NCBI RefSeq assembly: GCF_018977255.1
Contig: NW_024704742.1
Location: 116,004,001-116,068,000, forward strand
Direction of reading: 5' to 3'
Length of the DNA stretch: 64,000 bases
DNA from: Callorhinchus milii
Taxonomy: Eukaryota
Positions within the stretch are counted from its first letter, which is position 1. The number at the start of each line of letters is the position of its first letter. Under the pieces are notes generated by a model. That model saw only the letters and a list, made by a program, of their open reading frames with translations, was not told the origin of the DNA and did no database searches. A program made the translations under genes and the position numbers. Below, in pieces: positions 12,001 to 24,690 of the stretch.

Positions 12001-15000
12001 CCTTAAATCCGATTCCTTCGATTTTGCATGAGATTCAATATATTATATTCTGTGTCGTTTGCTGCTGCATTTCACGCGAGCTGTATTATTTTTGTCCTAA
12101 AGTCATTTTATGTTTTCAGCCTCAGTTATCCACTGATCGTAAAAAGCGAGCTCGACCGGTCCAATTAAAGACCAGTGTTTTCAATCTTATATCGTACGCT
12201 GTAGGTCTCAGACCACATGTGTTTGAGTTTGTTCATGCGGGTGAATGTGAATAAAATCAGCATCTGGAAAAACATGGAGACTTCACATATTAATGGACAA
12301 GTGTATCAGTTTTTTTTTGCTTGTAACAAACGTTGTCTTCAATCATGACGTGGCTTCCAGATAATGTAATGTTATACCTAAAAAAAACGTGGATGGGAAT
12401 AAAAACAAAGAAACGACGGCTTGAGATAGATAGCGTGATCTCAGTCACGCAATGTTACACGTTGCAGTCAGTGCACATTGAGCACTGTTCAGCCTATTGG
12501 TAATTAGCTGTTTACATGAACAGTCATTTCACCAATGCTACATGTCACCATCGGCTTTCTCCGGGTCCAACGCCACACATACATTAAAATGTATATTTAT
12601 CTTTTTATTCATAGGATTTGGATACATTTACAAAATATATGTTAAAAAAACTCCTCGTTATAAAAAATTCAAATGCAACCTTTCCGCTATAATTTTGAAG
12701 TGATTCTGAAAATTTTTTTTGTTTGTGTGTGTGCGTGTGGGGGTGGGGGGGGGGGGGGGGGGGGTGGGGGGGTGCAAGTCGTGCTTGTCCCACGAAAAGG
12801 TTCAACGTTAGAATTGAATCTATTTATAGATATCCTCATTTCCTTTACCCCAACGTGCAATCTTCACCCAGTAAAGGACGCCACTAGTGTCCTCTTGTGG
12901 CCCTTGAAATATCAGAAAGGGCGATTTGTGTTTTATGTGTTTTACAGTGTGAAATCAGCTTTTCATTCCTTTTAACACAGTGCCTCCGGATCCTTTTACA
13001 CCTTGCGTCAAATGACTGGACTTCAACCTGGGCATCCCTTGAGTCAACATTTCCCCCCCACAAACCTAACCTTTCGTGTTTTAACAAAGGGCCCAGAAGT
13101 ATTTTCTCGACATTTTCAAGTCACCTCCAGCAGTTTGTGCAACAGAAATGAGGGAGGAAGATGCTGTCAAAAAAAGAATGACGCAGCAACAGCAAATAAG
13201 GAAGGAAGAGGCGACCATCGATCCACAGCTTCTATTCCATCTGCAGAAAGAGATCTGAGCAATACATCATATACCACACATTCAAAACGGAACAGGCTTC
13301 ATTATCTTTGCGTTGACCCTTGGTTCACTAGACCACATTGCAGGGATGAGGGTAATTATTGAAAATTCGAACTGAATTGAACTAAATTCAATAACCTGGG
13401 ATGAGCTTTGTCAGATGGAGTGCTCTATTGGAAAAGTGTGATTCTAATGGAGTCTTTGGGTCATCGCTCTGAAGCCCACTCTACCTGAAGTGTGTGTGGG
13501 CTGTTCACTTCATTTCAATTTTCTTTTTTTTTCGATTTTATTTCATTTATTCTCTCTCTCTCTCTCTTTCCCTGCACCTGCACAGAGGCGGGCACGTAAG
13601 ATGGGTTTTGGTATTGAATGTTGTTAGTGCAGGTGGAAATGCCTCTGTTGACTGACCTCTGCTGCTAAAGCAAATAGTTCCCCATGTCATTCGTTAGACC
13701 TGCCAGGTACGTCTGACACCCTTACTTTTTCACAGACAAAAAATAAATGAAAACACATCTGGTATCTCTAGGCTGAATGTAATATTCCGGCTGAGCTTCG
13801 TGAATTAAATGTCACATTAAGATTTGTCTGCACTGTCTATTTTGGATTTATTTGCTCACAGTTTACTATCAGCGAAGCAACAAAGCCTACTGTGCTAAGC
13901 ATATTCACATGGAATCTATAGACTGTAGCCAATTTAATTTTAAATAGAAAATACTTTATACCAGGCTTTGAATGCGGTTGCATTTAACGATTTATAATAT
14001 GATAGTAATTTTCACTCGATTGATTTAGATGGAATACACATCTGTCTGACTTATTTCCGAGCAATCGTCCTGTGTCGCAACAAAAGTGTTTTTTTAGTTT
14101 ATAAAATATATACAAGAGGACTTCATATATACATATATTTGCACCTTTTCCCCATTTAGATAGTTAAGTGTTTTTCAGACGAAACTCAGTTCGTTCTAAG
14201 ACACTTTTGGAATATAGCAATTGCTCTGAGTGATACAATACAATTTACATTGATATTATAACAAGCTCCTTTCACGTCCAGAGGCCGTCCCAAAGCACAC
14301 ATGATAAACATACACAGAGCAACATTATAATAGACGAACCTATTGATCATGGCTGAACAAAACTAGGGCTTCATGACAAATTGATAAATATGATTTCTTT
14401 GCCAACCGTTTATGCAATGTGCGTACGTGCATATTGTGCTATCGTTACAGGACAGGAGAGAACTCGGTAGAATGTAACTGAAAGAGGAGATTTTTGTAAG
14501 TCCACATTTCTCGTTATCACAAAATGTGATTTGAGTTAAATTATATCTCTGTTCCTTAAATTAGCTCTAGTCACAAGCAAAAGGCTTTAACATGAGTTCC
14601 ATGGATAATGCATCGCGAATTTCACGAATTGCAGTTTTAAGTAAATGGGTGTTATGCGCTGCCCATCTGCAGCAGAAGCAGCGTCTGGTTAATCGATTGC
14701 TAACCTCTTGAGAAATGTACAGTAGATAATAGGGCGACGAAATTCAAAATGATTGCAAAAAGTTACATACCTTCTTGTATATATCCTGTCACCCGCCTAC
14801 TTATTCCGTGTGTATATATAGACGTGGCATGCAGACATACAGCTCATTAGTCGCTATTTTCCCCACATATTTTGAAGAATGCTAATTAAAATAGCTCCAA
14901 TTTCAATGTGACTATTCTTGATCTGGGCTGCACAGTGGTGAGGGGACTTCTTTCACGATAAAAACATTTATAGCATTCAGAAATGTAAGCCGAAATATGG

Positions 15001-18000
15001 TACATTGCTTGAGAATGGATCACACCGAATTTAGAACCGTATCATTTATTTGACACGTTTTCCAAAAGAAAGAATAAAGAAAGAAATAGGAAGGAATTGA
15101 TGGAAAAGGACTTCCTGAGACTTGTGCTGTGCGCCGTGATTCTCCGTGTAGTTGTAACACAAGCGCTTACATTAATTGATCCTCACATTAGGTTACATTA
15201 ATAAGAAAGTCCACAGAATTTCCCCCTTTCCAAAAAAAAATCTAACTCTATTGGAGTAAACCAGGGCCTGTGCTTGCAAGGAACGTGAAGGGGGAGCATC
15301 GTTGACTGCAGTATGGCTGCTGGGCTTTAAAGGAACCAGCCTGTTCTCCACAGATATGAATTTTGTTTTGAGAGAGTACCGAAAAGTACAAGCTGAGCAG
15401 ACACGTTCAACACGGACACTTTCAGAAAAAAAAAGACACTGCAGTGTTAAAACGCTATGCCTAAGTGTGGTGACCAGATCCCATTATTATTACAGATTGG
15501 GTGGAATAATGGTAGTAAATAGTTGCTCTATTTGTGACACCATAGGCCTAAAATAGATGTTTCTGATCATTTCCTACCTTCACTATTATTTACTATTCAT
15601 GCCATGGCTGAATTGTGGTGTGATTTACCAATCAATGCGATTTAAATCAATTGATTTCTCTTTCCAAGTGACAGATATAAAATCTCAGCTCCTGGGAGGC
15701 AGGAGGTTGCAGAGTCAGAAATACTTTCCTGGTTGCTGGGAAGATAGCTAAACGGATGGTCTTTGGTTTTATGGCAACTGTCTGTTTGTTAAGACATGTC
15801 CTCTAAAGCGGAATTACAATTACTGCAAACAGTTCGGTCGACCTTCAAAGAAGAGTGCGTGAGCTATTTACATGCGAAAGGATGTTCCTCTACAAGAAAT
15901 ATTATCCAGATCAAACACATGGCTCTCTGATGTTGTTTCTAACTATACCTGAAGGCACTGAGGAGCTGGTGGCGATTTGCGTTCAACTGTATATACAAAC
16001 TCGTGTTTGCTGACCAAACGCAGGCAGTTTACAGTCCGGATTCGCGTTGTGCAGAACACATCTGCACATAGCTGCTGGCTCTGAAGTGACGATTGCAGAA
16101 ACTGTTATTAACATCTATATTTGTGAGGGCAGTAAGTGTAACGGGAAACCGATTTCAACGTGCTTTCTTGGGTCCACTGATGTGTAGGTATTAGGGGGTC
16201 AAAATTATTTTAACCTGAAATAATTTTGCATTAAATGTTGACTCATACACTATTGACTGGTTCTGATTTCTCTTTGCCTGATGACCTCGATTTGTTTCAC
16301 TAGGTTTCATTGGGGAGGATTGTCGCCTTCAGTAGGCGGAATTGTATGCTTGTTATTATTTGTTATTTTAATGTTGACTGTGATATTATTCAAGTTTTGA
16401 ATATTGCAAGTGGAGAAAACTCACGAAAATATAACTGAACCGAAGGACGATTAATAATAACGCTAAAGTGTTGTCCCTGTTCTCAACATTTAATAAGGAT
16501 ACGGAAATCAAGTTTGGACTGAACACACTTTAAAGGCGCACGTTTCTATGAATAAATATTTAGTTACTCTGAATGAATAGAACACCTAAATGAAAATTCA
16601 ATTTTATAGCCAAATATGAGAACTAAATTTACTTATTAACTGCACTTTCTGAGTTACATTTAGCCGGAAGCGTATGAAAAGATTCAGTATTTTGACAATT
16701 TATCCGTGTGTTGAAATTAAATCGTCATTATTACTTGCAACAAATTACTGAGAGGAAACTCATCTGGATCTCGACTTACTCTTTTTGTGCAGCATTTCAG
16801 AACACCCAGAATTTCTGAAAATTGTTGAATTCAGTCTTAACCTTGAAGCCGGTTTTCCATCGTTGTTAACACGTTTGCAGAAACCGGCTTCAATTAGTAA
16901 GGCTGTATTTAAGAATTTGCTAAATTATGGAACCTGTAAAATATTTAGTCCCAAGTGGATTTTCCCCCAATTGTTTTCAAAATGTGGTTAATTTGAATCA
17001 CAGGTGGTTGAATATAAAAGCCCCACGTCGTTTTATTCACTCGTAAAGCACATGATCTCGATGTTACATAGTAAAATATATTCATATAAGTGGAAATTTG
17101 TTATATTTATAATCTAGGGTCATTTTTGCCCACTTCAAATTGCAATACTGAAGCCAAATTGTTTTGCCATTGGTTATAATTGGATCAGATACGTTTCTTT
17201 AACTATTCGACCATTTAACTATCCAATTGTAGAGTTTATTCCAGAAGAAATTTCCTTCACGATTGAATTCTTAGGTATTTAGGCAATTTTTAAAAAAAAT
17301 TCTATCAGTCACTATTTTATTGTCATTCTCTGGGGGTAATTCAATTAAATCTCCGGGTAACGTAAATCCTGTGCCTTAAACACACAAGGCGTCACTACCC
17401 GAATTCGTGTTGTTCTTACTTTTAATGAGTCTTGTGTTTTCCATCTGCAAACATTTCAATATGAAGCACGCAATGTGCACAGAATGAAATAAGGTGAGTA
17501 TTGAGCAATTCCCACGTTTGCACGCAATCCACTAAAAGAAAACTATTTGTGCTCATTCAGCACATAGCAATTTGTTTCCAAAACCAAAAAGCTTTGAGAG
17601 TCTCAATAGAACGTCTGTGAGTGATGCCTTACGGTCCAAGAGCAAACCTGGTCTGTTTTACCCTTTTTAAAAAATAAAGTAGGGGTGGGGTGTGGGGGGG
17701 GGGGGGGGGGGGGTGGCTGGAATCACTTCAGGCAAATACATGCATTGGGTTCAGTTCATAAAATTGGAAATGCACAACAATACAAACTCGAACTCGAATT
17801 TAAAAATCTTCAGCAGCCATGATCTGTAAGTTAGGGAATGTTCAAAGTGAAACCAAAGGTTACTTTCTCCACAATTGTCATATAACGTAAACGTTTAACC
17901 TACTAAAATTATTTGCAAATATAGTTTTCTCTTTCACAGTGTTTATTATTCTGCTTGCAGTCCCGACATCCAACAGTGCATTTTGAAAGGAAAAACTCAA

Positions 18001-18330
18001 AGAAAAGTAGATTTCCCTTGAAACATTCTCATTTCAATCAATATTTGGGAATCAGTTGTTCATTTCACAGGATGTCAGTTCGCTTTAATCTCCAGCTATT
18101 TTTTTAAAACAATATCTTTTTGAAGGACTACATATTGGAAAATAGATACTGGAGCTCTGGGTTAATAAGCTATTTTTTCTCCAATGTTTCAGAATATAAT
18201 CTCAAAACATTTAAACACTGCCACACTGAAGCTACTGTGTGATTCAATATGTCCAACCTGGCTGGCATTTAATCTCTCTTTGTTAATGAATTTAAGCAAA
18301 CACACCAAGAAATATTTTAAATTATAGATT

Positions 18331-18336
18331 TTTATT
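18331..18336 (-). terminator. Candidate FOXD1 polyadenylation signal (AATAAA)
   Basis: First minus-strand AATAAA I found after the stop (~580 nt of AU-rich 3' UTR); alternative at 17942-17947. Confidence 0.5.
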
Positions 18337-18917
18337 TTTTAAGAAAAGTGTGAAAATATTGCAATAAAATAATACAGGAATGCTTGCCAGTATCCAATTT
18401 TACATTTTTTTTTGCTTTAGAGAGGTACATAGTCTATAAAACGTAAAATCCATATACAAAACACAGGTTAAAAACGTCAGCTGAAAAGGCGTTTGAGAAT
18501 CTTCTGTTTCACAGCTTTAGAGATCTGTCTATTTTAGACCCTCTCTATTACATTCTTTAAAGAGACGGTTCTTGCACTGTACATAGTGAACGGCCGATAT
18601 ACCATTGATGCCCTTCAAGAACAGATTTAGTTTTGCACTGCCTTCAAAAAAAATTGTTAATCGTTTTGTGTCAAGTTGGATTTTTACACCTGAGATACCC
18701 TATATAAACCCCGCACCATTGGAAGTTTAGCAACACAGCACAACTCATTGTACAGATATTTCTGTCATTCCAACCCAAGGCTTTGGCCATGTACATAAAT
18801 ATATATACACAAGAGCAAGTTTGATGAAATCGTGGACAGTCCATTAATCTGCTTGGCACATAGGAAATATACAAAAATAATCCTACCTTCGGACAGGCGT
18901 GTTTTTTTTAATGTTTA

Positions 18918-19901
18918 TTAACAGCCATTAACATTTGCAATCCTACCATTAAAGTTCCCTGCATTTTGTATGATAGTGTCTTGATGCGAGATCGACGAAG
19001 AGGAAGGTATTGCTGATGACAACATGGGGACTCCGGGAGTCTGCGGGGAGCAGTTAGCAGGACTGGGACTGGCTCCGATGATGTTTTCTATGGAGAAAGG
19101 CGATCTGGAGATGGCTGAGGTGGATTTGACAGTCTGCACGGGGGGGAGAGTAGGGCTGAGCTGGGGGTAGAAGGAGGTCCTGGCGAGTTCGCCTGTGGGC
19201 AGTATGGTCGGCGGGGGGATGGAGTGGGCCTGCCTTGAAGGATGCTGAAAGGCAAAAACGGCAGAGTGAGGGTGGTAAGCCTGGATCTGAAGCCCGTATC
19301 CACAGCCGTAAGGTCCGTAGCCATAAGTGGGAATATAATTACCATGGTCCCGGAGCAGATCCGGAGATTGCTGCCTTTTGAATCGCTTCCGTCTCCGCAA
19401 AAAGCTGCCGTTGTCAAACATATCTGCCGACTCGGGATCCAGGGTCCAGTAGTTGCCTTTGCCCGGGTTGCCGGGCTCCCTGGGAATCTTCACGAAGCAG
19501 TCGTTCAAGGACAAGTTGTGCCGGATGGAGTTCTGCCAGGCTGGGAACTTCTCCCGGTAATAGGGGAACCGATTGCTGATAAATTCACAGATCTCACTCA
19601 GAGTGAGTCTCTTTTTGGGACTTTGGAGGATTGCCATGGTGATTAAGGCGATGTAGGAGTAAGGAGGTTTCACCAGAGGGTTTTTGCTGGCTGGTTTGTA
19701 AGGATCCCTGTTTGAGGAGGTATCCACACAGGAAGGCGAGCGGCTGGTGAGGATCTCGGAGTGCATTTGGGCCACCACTTCCCCATAAGAGCTATCCCTC
19801 TGGGCCTCGTCCTCCTCTCCTTCCGCCCCGTCTCCCACCACATCTATATCGGTCTCTTCCGAAACGATGGATGCATCGGACATCTCAGAACTCAAAGTCA
19901 T
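18918..19901 (-). CDS. FOXD1: Forkhead box protein D1, single exon, 327 aa
   Basis: The ORF from the ATG at 19901 begins [24 protein letters not shown], a FOXD1-type N-terminus. It has a complete forkhead domain [32 protein letters not shown]...[22 protein letters not shown] (~19374-19670) and a C-terminal eh1 motif FSIENIIG. Adjacent to BTF3 as in human. The ORF track's extra 57 codons start at a TTG. Confidence 0.95.
   Translation of the reverse strand: MTLSSEMSDASIVSEETDIDVVGDGAEGEEDEAQRDSSYGEVVAQMHSEILTSRSPSCVDTSSNRDPYKPASKNPLVKPPYSYIALITMAILQSPKKRLTLSEICEFISNRFPYYREKFPAWQNSIRHNLSLNDCFVKIPREPGNPGKGNYWTLDPESADMFDNGSFLRRRKRFKRQQSPDLLRDHGNYIPTYGYGPYGCGYGLQIQAYHPHSAVFAFQHPSRQAHSIPPPTILPTGELARTSFYPQLSPTLPPVQTVKSTSAISRSPFSIENIIGASPSPANCSPQTPGVPMLSSAIPSSSSISHQDTIIQNAGNFNGRIANVNGC
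19074..19097 (-). other. eh1 (Groucho/TLE-binding) motif FSIENIIG within FOXD1
   Basis: Matches the FxIxxIL/I eh1 consensus known in FoxD proteins. Confidence 0.85.
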
Positions 19902-20141
19902 GATACGCACAGATCCAGGGACTCGCGGGGTTGATCTGAGAGGCTCTGGGCGGTTCTTGCCAACCTTCCACCAGCTATCCACATAAGGAACCCAGGCAAA
20001 AGGGCAACTGAAACAGGAAATTGTCCCTCCTCCTGCCAACCTTCCCAATCCCACTGCAAACCTCGGCTCCAAAGATCAACCGGGGAGTCTCGCTGGAACG
20101 AGACCAGATCCTCTCTCAGCCGAATCGTTCTCGTGAATGTG

Positions 20142-20145
<4 letters not shown>

Positions 20146-20172
<27 letters not shown>
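20146..20172 (+). repeat. (CA)n microsatellite in the inferred FOXD1 5' leader
   Basis: Directly visible. Confidence 0.95.
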
Positions 20173-20181
<9 letters not shown>

Positions 20182-20250
20182 GCAAAAAAAAAAGCGAGAT
20201 CTCAACCCTAAATGTAAGGCAAAGGAGAGAGGGCGGATCTTTCCGGGCCC

Positions 20251-20257
20251 TTATATT
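20251..20257 (-). promoter_or_regulatory. Candidate TATA box of FOXD1
   Basis: Minus strand reads AATATAAG ~350 bp upstream of the ATG, in GC-rich context. Confidence 0.5.
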
Positions 20258-21882
20258 GCAGCTGAGATCACATGGCCCCCAACGTCAGCCTGAATTAGAA
20301 AATCTTATCAAATTCCTTCTTCGCCGTATCGAACAGGACGCGATGCACAAACCCCGCATCTCAGACACACTGCGCTCTCCTGTGCAGCCGCCGCCTCCCG
20401 TCTCCAATCGTGCAACGCTCCTTTATCTGAGGCGCGCACTTTATATCTCTCTATATCTCTGTACATATATGTCTATGTATGCATACAACATATCAACTTT
20501 ATATATAGCTAACCCCCACCACCCACCACCCACCCACCCACACACACCCACACACACACACACACACAGATCTCATAAGAAACAATATATGAAATAAACC
20601 TACTTCGGAAGATTTCTCAAATGAAATCCGCAGCAGGAAACGCAGCCCGACTGAGGTCCTTTGCCTTTCTTCCCACTTGCTTGTTTAACCCGGTGCAGCC
20701 CGGCTTTAGCCCAGGCGAGCTGCAACGTGGGTGGATGAGCTGCTCTAACGCTCAGTCGCTTGCATGTAACCGAAGCAGCAGCGGGTTAATTCGTGGCCAG
20801 CGGCGAGCTGCAGCTGTAAAACCTTAACCTATAGGTTTCTTTGCTCGCAAACATTTTTTTTCTGAAACAATAAGGTCTCCCCAGAGAAAAAGATGGCGAA
20901 CAAAAAAAATACCTAATTGCTGTCGTCACCTTGAACGTTTTGCATAAAATTGACTGGACTTTTGTGACCTCTGGTAAAGCGAAAGAAAGCGTTTTGCATT
21001 CTTTTAAACGAAGTCGGTGTGAGGTATAAAGCGAGGACACATCCTATCCGGGGGTACAACATAATATAACATACACTGAAGTTGCATTCTTTCCCGTTTT
21101 AAGTTTCAGCTGCAATAACAACCCTTCCAGATAAGTCGAGATACTATTTCTGCCTTTCATCTCTGAAAGATGGAAGGTAGAAATAGTTTATCCCAACAAA
21201 CTCCAACCCCCTTTTGTCAATTTGCAGGAGAGTTTAGTGGAAAGTCATGTACAATAATAACAATAACAACGATATTAGTCATTTTGAAAGGTATGGTTAT
21301 CAATTAACATAATTATTTATTGCACAAATTCCTTTTGAACAGACACGAGTCTCTTCCCCATACATGTTATGAAAACGTTTCAAAATTAAAAGCAGAAATC
21401 TAACGTGAAATATAACACGGCGTTTGAAGTCTATGCAATAACACACAGCTGAATATGAACAGAAAGCGCCACAGCATAGTTCTTTTTGTGATATCAGTAA
21501 CAAGTGTGGTCTTCATAATATATTACAGACTGGATTATAAACAAACACGAGAGCTGCTTGAGGCGCTCACTGAAAGTCTGGGCACATGTTAGTGAATGCA
21601 TCAGCCATTCTGGTCAGCAATTACCATAATTGCTCAATTCCTATAATTCCTCTGCTGTATATTACATCTTAACGTTGGATCTTATGAGGAGCAATGAGTC
21701 GAAATATGATCTATGCTTTTAATTAGTTACCATTTATTTTCATCAAAAGATAAATAAATATAAATGTCATTTGGAAAGTTAAGGCATGACTCAACGATTC
21801 ATTCTGAGCATGAGCGGTACCGATAGAATAATATATATAGATATATTTCGACAGATAGATAGACAAACAGACAGACATATAA

Positions 21883-21966
<84 letters not shown>
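21883..21966 (+). repeat. (GATA)n microsatellite
   Basis: About 21 perfect units. Confidence 0.98.
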
Positions 21967-21967
<1 letters not shown>

Positions 21968-23469
21968 CGTTCGTTTAAAAGAATAGCTAATACAGTATAA
22001 TATCATGTAATGTAATATAACGTTTCGCCCACAAAATATACGGTCGATTTACTTCACAATATATTCGTGAAGTGCTTTGAGACGTCTCGAAGACGTGATA
22101 AATGCAAGGATATTGTTATTAATTTTCGGTTGATACAATATTGCTAACCCAGATCGCCAGTGACATTAGTGTTTTGCAGTGTTTGTTACATGATCATAAT
22201 CACAAAAGAGGAACAAGGAAGCACAGGTCCATGAAATCACAAGAAACTCTTTGAAAAGGAGACAATTATTAATTATGGGCTGAGAATAATATGAAGGGTT
22301 TTTCTTGAACCGTTTTCAAACGCCTCACTGTGTCTGTGTAATTGTGGTGAGCAGAAAGCAGACAAGAGGGATAAGCAATGGCTTTAGTTGTATTAAGACA
22401 GGAGGCGCTCAATTTAGACATGTTAAACGTATCTTATAAACTGAGCAACTTCACAAAACAAACACGCAAACATAAGATAACCAAGCGATCACAATCAAAC
22501 ACTAAAATCAAATGCAAGGATTATTATTATTATTATTAATATAAAAACGCATGAAATAGAACCTAAATAGATGTGTTAAGGCGAATATAATATAATATAA
22601 TATGCAGATAAGTCAAGTATTGTGAATAGAATTTAAGAGTCATTGCCAGATGGTGGTTGGTATTTTGCTATATATAAAGAACTGCAGCTCTCCATAACGC
22701 TATCATTCTTTATACGGGAGACCGAAAGATTAATGGATCCCAGTTCATATAAAGTTAACATCAATATTGGCTTTTGCTGTTTTATTTGGCAATAGCCGAG
22801 GGACCAGCACCAAAGAAAAACAACTGCGAGGAAGTTATTTTTAAGAAAAGCTGTATTTTTAAACTATAGTGCTTTGGCCGAGAAGCGTTTAACATTGAGA
22901 GCGCTTTCTGTCTGGGCAACTTGTTTATTTGTTTTGCAGCGTTTCTGATCAATTATGCTGTGTGGACCTCTTTGTGTCTTTCCCGTTCGCTGTGGTAAAA
23001 TAGTAACTTGTGGCATGTTGCTTGCTTTGGGCCATGGTAACGTTGTTCCTGTCTTTCTGGCACCACGATCCGAGCTCTAAACATCATTCAAGTTGCTGTT
23101 TTTTTTAGCTTGAGGGTTGCACCGTTCAATGATGCATCGTTCCGCACGTGTTTCTCCCAAATCAAAAAGAAACGCTGATCTTTGAATTCGGTCTTGTGCT
23201 AAGATCATGCAATGGTTTGGAAATATTACAAGCATTTGTTTGGAAAGATCCGACACGCACAGGCCAACCGATCTAATTCGACTTTCAAGTCTAATCCTCC
23301 ACCTATTTCATCAGATGTCAAGTTGCCATGGTGTTTCAGTAACAAGGAATAAGTGTTCAACTTTACATGATTTAGCTTAGCTTTATTGCAATGTCAAGTA
23401 AGATGATGGTGATTAATACGAAAATCAGGTTAGTTATATGTTCATTTTGTTTAGCATTATGTGTTGGTA

Positions 23470-23792
23470 ATGATAATAATAATAACCCCTGCATTTGGTA
23501 TAGCACCTTATCACATCTTTGAGATATCTCAAAGCGCTTTACAGAATATACTGTAAAGTGAATTGACTATATATTTTGTGGGCAAAACGTAGCAGCCAAT
23601 TGCGCATAACAGAGTCCCGCAAACAGTCGTAGATTGAGTGACCAAAGTATTATTATTGAGCACCAACCTACTGCTAGGTAAACAGAGATGTGTGGGGTAA
23701 GGAAACTTGCCCAACATTTTGCCCTGTTGGGAATCAAACCCAGGACTCTCACTTGCGAGGCGAGTGCTCTAATTACTGAGCTACAGGACATC
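23470..23792 (-). mobile_element. tRNA-SINE, long subtype, diverged
   Basis: Same head, core and tail, with part of the extra internal segment. Confidence 0.88.
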
Positions 23793-24342
23793 TCCATTCT
23801 AATCCATTTTGAGATTGTTTGCGCCAATATCTATGTTGCGTTTTACACAAATTCTGTACATTGAAATGAATGTCTTACTTCCAACAGAAGTCTAATGCAC
23901 TTCCTTGAAACTCATCTTTTGACCTCTGGTTTCTTCTGCTCTTCAGTTTAAATAAGCACAAGTCATCACTGCAATTCACCAACCCAGGGCTCCTACCCTG
24001 GGGGTGCAAACTGTTACATTATATAGCACCTTCCTGTTTGTTCTTGTGTCCTTTACATTTACACCAACTTGCATTTATGATGTGTCCTCCATGTAGCCTA
24101 ACATCTTGGAGTACTTTACAATGGAAGGATCTGCCAGGGGGTATACATGCAATACTTAAGGTTTCTTATTGAGTTTCGGAAGGTGATATTAACATATGCA
24201 GAAGCTATGGTGAAAGTTAACAGTTTACAAAGATTTACAAAGAATGTATAGCACAAAAACAGGCCACTTGCCCAACCAGTCCATGACGGTATTTATATTT
24301 CATACACGTTTCCATTAATTCCTCATTCCCTCCTATACCTTT

Positions 24343-24690
24343 GAAATCCTGTAGCTCAGTGGTTAGAGCACTCGCCTCGCAAGTGAGCGACCTGGGTTCC
24401 ATTCCTGGCAGGGCGAAATGTTGGGCAAGTTTCTTTACTCCACATGCCTCTGTTTGCCTAGAAGTAAGTAAGAGCCGATTTGTTAGTCGATTGGTGGATC
24501 ACTTTTCTGGGGGTAATAATTCCTTCAAAAAAAAAATAACGAATTGGTCACTTCAATCCACAACTGTTTGTGGAACACTGCTGTGCACAATTAGATGTCG
24601 GTATACAGTCAATTCACTTTACAGTATCTTCTGTGAAGCGCTTTGAGATGTCTCGAAGACATGAGAAAGTACCATGTTATTAGTTATTAT
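24343..24690 (+). mobile_element. tRNA-SINE, long subtype, apparently inserted in an old CR1 3' fragment
   Basis: Head tcctgtagctcagtggttagagcac; extra segment tctgtttgcctag...gggggtaataat. Confidence 0.88.

Larger units (their letters stand above)
19050..20830. promoter_or_regulatory. CpG-rich region over FOXD1 body and promoter
   Basis: Visibly higher GC and CpG content than flanks. Confidence 0.7.

Noticed and set aside
12737..12773. Poly-G tract (also 17694-17713, 9382-9401) as G-quadruplex elements
   Set aside because: Simple homopolymer runs common in such assemblies; no further evidence of function
19088..19646. Overlapping alternative-frame and antisense ORFs in FOXD1
   Set aside because: Expected by-products of GC-rich coding sequence; no recognisable domain
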